Below, piece after piece: positions 7,808 to 15,657 of a stretch of 32,000 bases of DNA. The translations under genes were made by a program, and so were the position numbers. The first letter of the stretch is position 1. Each line of letters begins with the position of its first letter. Source of the DNA: Pyrobaculum calidifontis JCM 11548 (GTDB lineage: Archaea; Thermoproteota; Thermoprotei; Thermoproteales; Thermoproteaceae); the NCBI RefSeq assembly GCF_000015805.1, contig NC_009073.1:1470001-1502000 (forward strand), written 5' to 3'. The notes below the pieces were generated by a model. That model saw nothing but the letters and a program-made list of their open reading frames with translations. It ran no database searches and had not been told where the DNA came from.

Positions 7808-8638
7808 ATGGCCCTGGTGCGCATAGGCATAGGCCTTGTGCTATTCGCCGTGGCGCTGACGTTTACCGTGCTCATGGCACAGGGGAGCCCCGAATCGGAC
7901 GTGTACTTAGTCATCGCACACGCCCCGCCCTTCTCTAGAGCTGAGCTCCTCGCCGCCCTTGAGAAGATAAAGAACTACACAATATGGGCCTCCTGGGCAG
8001 GCGACGTTGGCATAGCCGTGGGAAGCTCTAGGGAAGCCATCGAGAAAGATGTGTCATCCCGGGGGCTACACGGCACATTCCTTAAAGTAGGCGACAAGCC
8101 AGTGCCAGACGTAGAAACGGTTGTGAAGAAGGTGGGCAAATCTTACAGAGCCGAGATTATCAAGGGCGGCAAGCCTAACATGACCTACGTGAGTGAGGAT
8201 TTAGAAGACGTATTATGGTGGATAGCCAACGTCTCACGCCACGTTGATATACCACTAGGCAATGAAATAGTATGGTATAAGTTAGATTTGCCCATCTTCT
8301 GGTTTGCCTATGCCATCCCGTTCTGCAACGGCACTTACTACGGCCCGTGGCCTCCGCCCATAATGGTGGCGGGCGATACTACGGTGAGGGTCCAAGTGTT
8401 CCCAGAGAACAGGACCATTGTGCCAATTAAGTTGCCCAAGCCAGTGCCCGTCAACGTGACTAGGGTGGGCGAGAGCTGGTTTGGCCACTACGTGGTAGAT
8501 GCATGCGCCCTGCCCTTCGAGGTAGAGAAGTCCCTTGTCCTAGCCCTAGTGCACAAGGACAACGTGGAGAAGGTCATATCCATCCTCTCACAGGTGCCGT
8601 ACGTAACAGTAAGGGCGGAGCCTGCCACAAGGAGGTAG
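7808..8638 (+). CDS. membrane-anchored or secreted hypothetical protein (probable glycoprotein)
   Basis: N-terminal hydrophobic segment MALVRIGIGLVLFAVALTFTVLMAQG. Six N-x-S/T sequons are present (NYT, NMT, NVS, NGT, NRT, NVT). No recognised family. Confidence 0.7.
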   Translation: MALVRIGIGLVLFAVALTFTVLMAQGSPESDVYLVIAHAPPFSRAELLAALEKIKNYTIWASWAGDVGIAVGSSREAIEKDVSSRGLHGTFLKVGDKPVPDVETVVKKVGKSYRAEIIKGGKPNMTYVSEDLEDVLWWIANVSRHVDIPLGNEIVWYKLDLPIFWFAYAIPFCNGTYYGPWPPPIMVAGDTTVRVQVFPENRTIVPIKLPKPVPVNVTRVGESWFGHYVVDACALPFEVEKSLVLALVHKDNVEKVISILSQVPYVTVRAEPATRR

Positions 8639-8655
8639 GCCTAAAGCCTACCTTC
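8631..8655 (+). terminator. hairpin spanning the stop codon of the 276-aa gene
   Basis: GGAGGTAGGC-CTAAA-GCCTACCTTC forms a ~10-bp stem (one G-U pair) with a 5-nt loop. It is followed by the T-rich TGAGTTTCTTGTT. Function is uncertain. Confidence 0.3.
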
Positions 8656-8707
8656 TGAGTTTCTTGTTGGCCTCGCCGGGCCCGCGGGCTGGCATAGGCG
8701 GGTATTG

Positions 8708-8716
8708 TTAAATATA
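8708..8716 (+). promoter_or_regulatory. TATA-like box
   Basis: TTAAATATA lies ~25 nt upstream of the ATG at 8734. Confidence 0.5.
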
Positions 8717-8733
8717 CCGTTCACTCCTTTTCT

Positions 8734-9975
8734 ATGCCTACGTGGACCGAGTATATATTCTATAAAAAGCTGGGGAAGGCCCCGTCGCCGGGGGACGTGG
8801 TGGAGGTGGTGCCAGACTTGGTGGGGTTCCACGACTTGACTGGGTACCACGTCCTCGAGGTGTTGGAGCAGATGGGGAAGGTCGAGGTGTTTGACAGAGG
8901 GCGCGTCGTCGTGGCGTTTGACCACTTGGCGCCTCCGCCGACGCAGAGGGCTGCGGAACTTCAGGTCTACATACGTAGGCACGTGAAGGCGCTGGGCCTC
9001 CCCCACTTCTACGACGTCGGCGGGGGGATTTTGCACCAGATCATACTGGAGAAGTACGCCATGCCTGAGCAGGTCATATTCGCCGCCGACTCTCACACCA
9101 ACACCGCCGGCGCCGTGGGGGCCTTCGCCCAGGGCCTGGGGGCCACCGACATCGCCGCTGCGTTGAAGCTGGGCAAGACTTGGCTGGTGGTCCCCACGCC
9201 GTTTGCGGTAAGGGTCGTCGGCGAGTTTCCCAAGGGCGTGATGGGCAAAGACGTGGCGCTCCACCTCCTCGGCGCCTTCGGCGCAGAGGGCTTCAACGGC
9301 TACTCCGTGGAGGTCACCGTGGAGAAGCCCAAGGCCTTCCCCATGGACGACAGAGCCACCGTGGCCAACATGTCCACGGAGATGGGCGCAGACGCCCTCG
9401 TGTTCATCCCCGACGAGGTCACTGTGGCCTATCTACATGAGGCCAGGGGCGTAAGCTACAAGCCCCCCGCCCTCGGCGGCGGCAAATACGCGGACGAGTA
9501 CACGGTGGAGCTCGGGAGGCTGGAGCCCCTCGTGGCGGCGCCCCACAGCGTAGACAACGTAAAAGCCGTGGCAGAGGTGGAGGGCATCGAGGTGGACCAA
9601 GTCTTCATTGGAAGCTGCACCAACGGCCGCCTCAGCGACATAGAGGTGGCGGCCAAGATCCTAAGGCACGGGAGAGTGAAGGCGAGGTGCATAGCCATCC
9701 CCGCCAGCTACGACGTGTTTAGGAGGGCCATGGAGCTCGGCTACGTAGACGTCTTGACCAAGGCGGGTTGTGTTGTCACATACGGCACCTGCGGGCCCTG
9801 CCTCGGGGGACACTTCGGCGTGGCTGGGCCAGGCGAGGTAGTCCTCACGACGAGCAACAGGAACTTCAAGGGGCGCGTGGGGCACCCAGACTCAAAGGTC
9901 TATTTGGCGAACCCAGCCGTGGCGGCGGCCACCGCGTTGACAGGCCGCATCACAGACCCACGCCAGTACCTTTAG
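8734..9975 (+). CDS. leuC: 3-isopropylmalate dehydratase / homoaconitase large subunit (aconitase family)
   Basis: 413 aa with aconitase-family Fe-S ligand regions ([19 protein letters not shown]). The size matches the archaeal LeuC/HacA type. Confidence 0.9.
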   Translation: MPTWTEYIFYKKLGKAPSPGDVVEVVPDLVGFHDLTGYHVLEVLEQMGKVEVFDRGRVVVAFDHLAPPPTQRAAELQVYIRRHVKALGLPHFYDVGGGILHQIILEKYAMPEQVIFAADSHTNTAGAVGAFAQGLGATDIAAALKLGKTWLVVPTPFAVRVVGEFPKGVMGKDVALHLLGAFGAEGFNGYSVEVTVEKPKAFPMDDRATVANMSTEMGADALVFIPDEVTVAYLHEARGVSYKPPALGGGKYADEYTVELGRLEPLVAAPHSVDNVKAVAEVEGIEVDQVFIGSCTNGRLSDIEVAAKILRHGRVKARCIAIPASYDVFRRAMELGYVDVLTKAGCVVTYGTCGPCLGGHFGVAGPGEVVLTTSNRNFKGRVGHPDSKVYLANPAVAAATALTGRITDPRQYL

Positions 9976-9981
9976 GACTGC

Positions 9982-10003
9982 ACGTCTTCCGCGCCGAAGG
10001 CGT
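9982..10003 (+). terminator. hairpin just after the leuC stop
   Basis: ACGTCTTC-CGCGCC-GAAGGCGT forms an 8-bp stem (one G-U pair) with a 6-nt loop, followed by TTTACTGCTACTTTG. Role unproven. Confidence 0.25.
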
Positions 10004-10240
10004 TTACTGCTACTTTGCCATAAAGACAGAGAAGGCTTGGAGAGCGGCGGACGAGTAATGATCTACGGCGAGGCTGTCCTCATAATCGCCAGGGCCATCA
10101 ATGCCACCTACCGCGAGATAGGAACGGAGAGGAGGGTAGAAGCGAAATAAAACAAAGACGGCACGTCTACATCGGACTCACCAACGTAGACCCAGAGCTG
10201 TTAGACCTAAAGCGGGCGGAAGCGCACCTTGCCTCCAAAA

Positions 10241-10248
10241 TTTATAAG
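10241..10248 (+). promoter_or_regulatory. TATA-like box
   Basis: TTTATAAG lies ~26 nt upstream of the ATG at 10268. It falls inside the ORF-track TTG-extended reading frame, which argues against the 10229 start. Confidence 0.5.
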
Positions 10249-10267
10249 GAACTATTTCGACCGCCCT

Positions 10268-11194
10268 ATGAAACACCTACTCACATTAATGGAGTTTAAG
10301 CCGCACGAGGTGGAGGACCTCCTAAGGATTTCCAGGGACTTCAAGGCTAGGTACATGGCTGGAGAGGTGTACACACCCCTCTTCCCCGGGCGGATTGTGA
10401 TGCTATACTTCGAAAAGCCGAGTACTAGGACCCGCCTCTCGCTTACCGCCGCCGCTGCTCAGCTGGGGATGCAGGCGGTGTACACGGCGCCTGGGGAGCT
10501 ACAGATCGGGCGGGGGGAGACCATCGCCGATACTATGAGGGTTGTGTCGAGGTATGCCGCGGCCGTGGCGGCGAGGGTGTACAAGCACGAGACCTTGGAG
10601 GAGATGGCGCGCTACAGCTCTATTCCCGTGATAAACGCCCTCTCGGACAGACACCACCCCCTCCAGGCCCTAGCCGACGCTCTCACTCTCTGGGAGCGCT
10701 CGGGCAGACTCCACGGGCTTAAGGTGGCCTTTGTGGGCGACGTGTCAAACAACGTGGCCACTAGCCTCGCAGTGGTGGGGGCGAAGCTGGGCTGGGAGGT
10801 GAGGCTCGTAGGCCCCAAGCCTCTGTGGAACCAGAAGCTGGTGGAGGAGCTGGCCGAGGACTTGGCGAAGACAGGGGGCCAGATCTACTTCACAGACTCA
10901 ATGAACGAGGTTGCGGGGGTGGATGGGGTTTACACAGACGTGTGGGTCTCCATGGGCTTTGAAAAAGAGGCAGAGGAGAGGAGACGCCTCCTCAAGCCCT
11001 ACCAGGTGAACCAGAGGGTTATGGACATAGCGGGGAAAAGGGCCGTCTTTCTCCACTGCCTCCCCGCCCACAGGGGGGAGGAGGTCACCGACGAGGTGAT
11101 AGACGGGCCGCAGTCGGCTGTGTGGGACCAGGCAGAGAATAGGATGCACACGGCAAAAGCCGTTTTTGCATATCTGCTCAACAAGAGGGCCTAG
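10268..11194 (+). CDS. argF: ornithine carbamoyltransferase
   Basis: Motifs FEKPSTRTR, HPLQALAD, DVWVSMG and HCLPAHRGEEV distinguish OTC from ATCase. The product is 308 aa from the ATG at 10268. Confidence 0.9.
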   Translation: MKHLLTLMEFKPHEVEDLLRISRDFKARYMAGEVYTPLFPGRIVMLYFEKPSTRTRLSLTAAAAQLGMQAVYTAPGELQIGRGETIADTMRVVSRYAAAVAARVYKHETLEEMARYSSIPVINALSDRHHPLQALADALTLWERSGRLHGLKVAFVGDVSNNVATSLAVVGAKLGWEVRLVGPKPLWNQKLVEELAEDLAKTGGQIYFTDSMNEVAGVDGVYTDVWVSMGFEKEAEERRRLLKPYQVNQRVMDIAGKRAVFLHCLPAHRGEEVTDEVIDGPQSAVWDQAENRMHTAKAVFAYLLNKRA

Positions 11195-12537
11195 GCACGG
11201 CCGTTAGAGACCGGTATCTCCTTGAGGACTAGGCTCGTGAGCGTGGATACTACGCCCTTCACCTCTCTTATGCTCTCTATCGTGGCGTTTAGCTCCTCTG
11301 TGTTATCTGCGACGACTTTGGCCACTATGTCGTACTCGCCAGTCACCTCCGAGACCGCCACCACGTTTCTTATGGCGGCCACTCTCCTGGCCACTGAGGT
11401 TGTGTAGACGTTGTTAGCCACCTTAAGCCACACGTAGGCCTCTATGTGCTTGTTCACCCTGGCTTTATAAACCGCGTTTGTCACTTTCTCCAGGATTTCT
11501 AAGAGGTCCTCGTCTCTAAGCCGCCTGGCGTTTGTCCGCTTGACCTCCTCCACCACCTTGTCTAACACCTCGGGGGGCACTGATATCCCCATTCTCTCAA
11601 GCCTGTGCTGTATGGCCTTCCGCCCGCTGTACTTGTCGAGGGAGAAGTCCCTGGTGCGGCCCACCACCTCGGGGGGTATTGGCTCATATGTCTCGGGGTT
11701 GGCCAAGACGCCGGCTTGGTGCACCCCGGCCTTGTGGGTGAAGACGTTTTCGCCCACGATGGGGAAGGTGGGCATTACCGTGATGCCGCTGGCCACCTCC
11801 ACCATGGCCGTTATCTCTGGTAGCTTCTCCAGCTTCACCAGCTTGGCCCCCTTGTGGTAGTAGTAGGCGGCGGCGAAGGCCTGCAGGGGGGTTATGCCCG
11901 CCCTCTCGCCCAGGCCGTTTACGGTAGTATGTACCACGTCTGCGCCCCCCTCCACCGCCGCCAGGCTGTTGGCCACTGCCATGCCGAAGTCGTTGTGGGC
12001 GTGTATGTCCAGCCCCACGTCTGGCACAGCGGCCTTTACCTTTGAGAAGACCTCCCTCGCCCTGTCTGGGGTAAAGACCCCCACTGTGTCTGCTATGCTT
12101 ACCCTGTCGGCTCCAGCGTCGCGGGCTGTCTTGACCACCTGGATTAAGTAGTCCAAGTCGGCGCGGGAGGCGTCCTCCGCCGTGAAGCGCACCTTCACGC
12201 CGTGGGACTTGGCCATGGACACCATCTCGGCGATTACTTGGAGCGCCTCCTCTCTGCTCTTCCTGTGCTTATGCCTCAGGTGGATGTCGCTTACGCCGTA
12301 GAAGACGGCTATTCTATCCGGCTCAAGCGACGCCGCGTTTTCAATGTCCTGCCTAACGGCGCGGCTGTGGACGACGATTTCGCTGGCGATTTCCCCATCC
12401 TTCTTCAAGGCCACAATCTTCTTAATGGCCGACTTTATGTCGGGGGCCACGTTTGGGTCTCCCACCTCCACCATGGCGACTCCGATGTCCGAGAGAGCCT
12501 TGGCAATTCTAACGCGCCACTCCTCTGAGAACACCAC
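11191..12537 (-). CDS. homocitrate / 2-isopropylmalate synthase family enzyme with C-terminal RAM (Lrp/AsnC-type ligand-binding) domain; N-terminus problematic
   Basis: The HMGL-like core carries [17 protein letters not shown] and NGLGERAGI. The last ~85 aa (EAYVWLKV...VTGEYDIVAKVVADNTEEL...VKGVVSTLTSLVLKEI) look like a RAM domain. The tracked GTG start at 12537 cuts off the essential LDSTLREGEQ motif, which continues in frame upstream (12538-12579) with no in-frame start codon. See findings. Confidence 0.8.
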   Translation of the reverse strand: MVFSEEWRVRIAKALSDIGVAMVEVGDPNVAPDIKSAIKKIVALKKDGEIASEIVVHSRAVRQDIENAASLEPDRIAVFYGVSDIHLRHKHRKSREEALQVIAEMVSMAKSHGVKVRFTAEDASRADLDYLIQVVKTARDAGADRVSIADTVGVFTPDRAREVFSKVKAAVPDVGLDIHAHNDFGMAVANSLAAVEGGADVVHTTVNGLGERAGITPLQAFAAAYYYHKGAKLVKLEKLPEITAMVEVASGITVMPTFPIVGENVFTHKAGVHQAGVLANPETYEPIPPEVVGRTRDFSLDKYSGRKAIQHRLERMGISVPPEVLDKVVEEVKRTNARRLRDEDLLEILEKVTNAVYKARVNKHIEAYVWLKVANNVYTTSVARRVAAIRNVVAVSEVTGEYDIVAKVVADNTEELNATIESIREVKGVVSTLTSLVLKEIPVSNGRA

Positions 12538-12620
12538 GCCGGGCGTCTGCTCGCCCTCTCTCAGTGTTGAGTCGAGGATCTTTGGGTGTCTTTCCCCGGC
12601 ATACCACCCGGAGAGCCCCC

Positions 12621-12630
12621 CTATATAAAG
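12621..12630 (-). promoter_or_regulatory. TATA-like box of the RAM-domain synthase gene
   Basis: CTTTATATAG on the minus strand. An ATG at 12602-12600 lies ~25 nt downstream, at the position expected for a leaderless start, but it is in a different frame from the enzyme domain. Confidence 0.5.
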
Positions 12631-12802
12631 CTTTCTACGGATTCAGAGCCATAATACAACCACTCTACGCTTATATAGGCGCATCAGAGAGCTTATTCAC
12701 CGCTAGACATGTGAAAAGGTCGTGGCGACGTTATAATCCTCGCTTGTGGAGAAAACGCTTGGCATATGGGCCGCCCGAGACGGGCAATAGTCCCTGAAGG
12801 AT

Positions 12803-12812
12803 TTTTTATATT
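12803..12812 (+). promoter_or_regulatory. TATA-like box
   Basis: TTTTTATATT lies ~24 nt upstream of the GTG at 12829. Confidence 0.5.
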
Positions 12813-12828
12813 CCACACGGGGTAGGCC

Positions 12829-14613
12829 GTGCTCTACTGGTGTGATGAGCTTAATCTCCCAGCGCTGGACCCGCGCGAGGTGGCGGGGAGGTGCGGCCAG
12901 TACGTGGAAGTGCGGCTCACAAGCCCCGCAGATCCCAGGCCCGCCTTTCCCAAGGACGTTGAGGTGACTAGGGGAGCGTTGGCGTATGAGCTGGGCGACT
13001 GGGAGTTGGCCAAGGAGCTGGTCCCAGACAACGAGGTGGTCTTGTTCAACAAGATACCGGGGTACGCGGATCAGGCGGACGAGGTGGTGGTGAGGGGGCG
13101 CCTCGTGGGGCACAGGTTCTACGACGTGTTGGAGAGGCGGTGGCGGTTCCGGCCCCTCTACGAGGGAGTGGCCACAATTTTGGCGAAGAGGAGGGGGTGG
13201 TGGGCTGTGGTGGACATGGAGGAGTTGCCCGTGGGCTACGACATACACCCAGACAGAGTGGTGGAGGGGGTCCTCCCCGAGGAGAAGTTTAGGCATGTGG
13301 CTTTGGCGACGAGGGACGGCCGCCTCCACGGCGTGGCTAAGCTGTTTAGGGGGAGGCGCCTCCACGTTGTAAAATCGTGGCGCGCCAAGCCGCCTCTGCC
13401 CCCCGGCAGGCCATCGACGCTGGCAGAGGCGGCGGAGCTGAATAGGGGCTACATCGAGCGGAGGGCCGAGGAGGCCATCCGCTTCATAAGAGAGGTGGCT
13501 GAGAAGTACGGCAAGCCGGTGGTGGTGTCGTACTCCGGTGGGAAGGACAGCCTAGTGGCGCTCGACCTCACGGCGAGGTCTGGGGTCAAGTTCTACGTCT
13601 ACTTCAACGATACCGGCCTAGAGCCGCGGGAGACCTACGAGAACTTAAAGGCGGTGCAGGAGAGGTACGGAGTGGAGGTCATCGTAGGCGCCGCGGGGGA
13701 CCGGTTTTGGAGGGCTATGGAGAAGTTTGGGCCGCCGGCGCGGGACTACCGCTGGTGTTGCAAAGTGATTAAGCTGGCTCCCACCACCGCCGCGCTGAAG
13801 GAGAGGTTCCCCCAGGGCTACATAAGCGTGGTGGGGCAGAGGGGGGCTGAGTCGTTTCAGAGGGCGAGGCTCCCCCGCCTCTCCCCCAGCAAGTGGGTGG
13901 CTGGGTCCCTTGTGGCGGCCCCCCTACAAGACTGGACGGCGCTTGAGGTGTGGCTCTACATAGTTTTGCACAAGCTCCCCTACAACCCCGCCTACGAGCA
14001 CGGGTTCGACCGCCTCGGCTGCGTGGTGTGCCCCGCCAACGAGCTTGCAGAGTTGGAGGCCGTCAGAGAGCGCTACCCAGAGCTGTACCAGCGCATGGAG
14101 GCGGCTCTTAGGAGGCAGTTCGGCCCCCGGGAGGTGGAGTTCGGCCTCTGGAGGTGGCGCGGCGCCGTGCCGGGAGACTTGGCCCGCTACGTGAAGGGCG
14201 CAAAGTCGGCGGAGCTCCCCGTGAGGCTGAGGAGGGAGGGGGAGGCGCTCGTGGTGGAGATGGACGAGGTGCCCAACGAGGCCACCCTCGGCGAGCTTTT
14301 GAAAATGCTCGGCAGAGTGGAGGGCCGCTACAGAGTCGAGGGAAGGCGTGGCAGGGTGGAGCTGGCCTCGGACGGGGAGAGGTGGCTTATTAGGGCTGAC
14401 AGCGAAGAGTTGGCGCTCCACGCGGCGGGCCTCCTCGTGAGGTCTGCCATATGCGGAGACTGCGACTTGTGCGTAGAGTGGTGCCCCACGGGGGCTCTGA
14501 GGCGGACTGGGCCGGGGAGGAGCTTCGCAGTAGATGCCGAGAAGTGCATTGGCTGCCTGCTCTGTAGCAAGGCGTGCCCCGCGGCTCAGTACCTAGTGTA
14601 TAGAAACGAATAA
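12829..14613 (+). CDS. PAPS-reductase/PP-loop ATP pyrophosphatase family protein with an N-terminal ~200-aa extension and a C-terminal 2x[4Fe-4S] ferredoxin domain
   Basis: PP-loop SYSGGKDS at about 13531-13551. Two CxxCxxCxxxCP motifs near the C-terminus (CGDCDLCVEWCP, CIGCLLCSKACP). 594 aa in total. The N-terminal region is possibly PUA-like (weak call). Confidence 0.8.
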   Translation: MLYWCDELNLPALDPREVAGRCGQYVEVRLTSPADPRPAFPKDVEVTRGALAYELGDWELAKELVPDNEVVLFNKIPGYADQADEVVVRGRLVGHRFYDVLERRWRFRPLYEGVATILAKRRGWWAVVDMEELPVGYDIHPDRVVEGVLPEEKFRHVALATRDGRLHGVAKLFRGRRLHVVKSWRAKPPLPPGRPSTLAEAAELNRGYIERRAEEAIRFIREVAEKYGKPVVVSYSGGKDSLVALDLTARSGVKFYVYFNDTGLEPRETYENLKAVQERYGVEVIVGAAGDRFWRAMEKFGPPARDYRWCCKVIKLAPTTAALKERFPQGYISVVGQRGAESFQRARLPRLSPSKWVAGSLVAAPLQDWTALEVWLYIVLHKLPYNPAYEHGFDRLGCVVCPANELAELEAVRERYPELYQRMEAALRRQFGPREVEFGLWRWRGAVPGDLARYVKGAKSAELPVRLRREGEALVVEMDEVPNEATLGELLKMLGRVEGRYRVEGRRGRVELASDGERWLIRADSEELALHAAGLLVRSAICGDCDLCVEWCPTGALRRTGPGRSFAVDAEKCIGCLLCSKACPAAQYLVYRNE

Positions 14614-14622
14614 CTATATTTA
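14614..14622 (+). promoter_or_regulatory. TATA-like box
   Basis: CTATATTTA lies ~26 nt upstream of the GTG at 14642. Confidence 0.5.
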
Positions 14623-14641
14623 CACGTACGCGTCCATTTCT

Positions 14642-15052
14642 GTGAACGAGAGAGCTAGCCTATATCTCTCCCTGGTGTTAAATCTGCTCGGGAAAATGCG
14701 CAACTTGTTTACCTTGGACAACTGCGACATCAAAAAGCTTAAGGCTTCTAAACTGCGGAAGGACTACGACGCAGTGACACGGAGCTTACTGCCGCGGGCG
14801 TTGGCGGAGTTTTACAACAACTACGGCTTTGAGGCTCGGGAGGAGCCCGACCACTTGGTGACTATGCTCGCCTTCATGGCCCAACTCGCGCGCGACGAAA
14901 GTCAGGAGTCTCTTAAGGCCCAGTTGAGGTTTTTAAACTCGCATTTAATACCCACGGTAAAATACGGCGTAGAAGCGTGCCCAAGTCTGAAGGCGCTTCT
15001 TGAAATCTTAGAGGCCGACGCAGAGGAGGTCAAAAAGAGGCTCCATGTCTGA
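14642..15052 (+). CDS. TorD/DmsD-like redox enzyme maturation chaperone
   Basis: 136 aa containing EEPDHLVTMLAFMAQL, which is the TorD-family E-P-D-H-L signature region. It lies directly upstream of a molybdoenzyme cluster. Confidence 0.65.
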   Translation: MNERASLYLSLVLNLLGKMRNLFTLDNCDIKKLKASKLRKDYDAVTRSLLPRALAEFYNNYGFEAREEPDHLVTMLAFMAQLARDESQESLKAQLRFLNSHLIPTVKYGVEACPSLKALLEILEADAEEVKKRLHV

Positions 15053-15599
15053 CAAAACTACTATCACTGTATGTAGAGAGGCTGCACTAAAGATAGGGAA
15101 ATTGGCGAGGGAGAGGGGGCTCTCCCTGTTGAAAGTGGCGTCAGAGGCGCTTGATCTCGCCGCGGAGGTTGTAATAGACGGCAAAACGCCAGCCGAGGTT
15201 ATCCCCCTCGTGAAGTTGCACAAGGTGGCCCCGGTGTTCGACATGGTGTACATGCCGCTTGGCATAGTGGCAGAGATTTTAAAGGACGCAGACGCCTACC
15301 TTATACAATTCTATGACTATGGCAGAGACTTGGGGGCCGCCCTTTCTAGGGAGCTTAAGCTTTCTGAGCTTTTGAAAAATGGGGACATGTTGAGGAGCTT
15401 GATCCCCGCCAGGAGGGTGGAATTCCAGAGAGGCGCCTTAGTAGTAATGTTGCCGCCGCGGAGCGGAAAATTGGCGCATTTATTTGCCTCATTTCTAAGA
15501 GGCCTCTTAGACGGATTTGGATGCACGCGGCACACCGTATCTACAAGCTCAAACCTAATAGAGGCTAATGTGTCCGAATGCATCTCTTCTGAAGGTTAA
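15045..15599 (+). CDS. hypothetical protein translationally coupled to the TorD-like chaperone
   Basis: 184 aa. Its ATG overlaps the upstream stop (ATGTCTGA). The N-terminus (ITVCREAALKIGKLARERGLSLLKVASEALDLAAEV) may be ribbon-helix-helix-like, but this is weak. No family recognised. Confidence 0.6.
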   Translation: MSDKTTITVCREAALKIGKLARERGLSLLKVASEALDLAAEVVIDGKTPAEVIPLVKLHKVAPVFDMVYMPLGIVAEILKDADAYLIQFYDYGRDLGAALSRELKLSELLKNGDMLRSLIPARRVEFQRGALVVMLPPRSGKLAHLFASFLRGLLDGFGCTRHTVSTSSNLIEANVSECISSEG

Positions 15600-15628
15600 T
15601 TAACTATAATTAGGGATAATAGCAAGGG

Positions 15629-15636
15629 CTATATAC
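15629..15636 (+). promoter_or_regulatory. TATA-like box of the oxidoreductase B-C-A operon
   Basis: CTATATAC lies 27 nt upstream of the GTG at 15658. Confidence 0.5.
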
Positions 15637-15657
15637 TCCCTTGTACACTCTAACCAC

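Noticed and set aside
10085-10110. Weak C-box-like TTGATGG on the minus strand of the leuC-argF spacer.
   Set aside because: There is no CTGA at the appropriate spacing and no C'/D' arrangement, so it does not meet C/D sRNA architecture.
12564-12797. Tracked ORF 12564..12797 (+), 77 aa, in the divergent promoter region.
   Set aside because: It starts inside the antisense of the synthase N-terminus and runs through two TATA elements. Its composition is Arg/Trp-rich and it has no promoter of its own.
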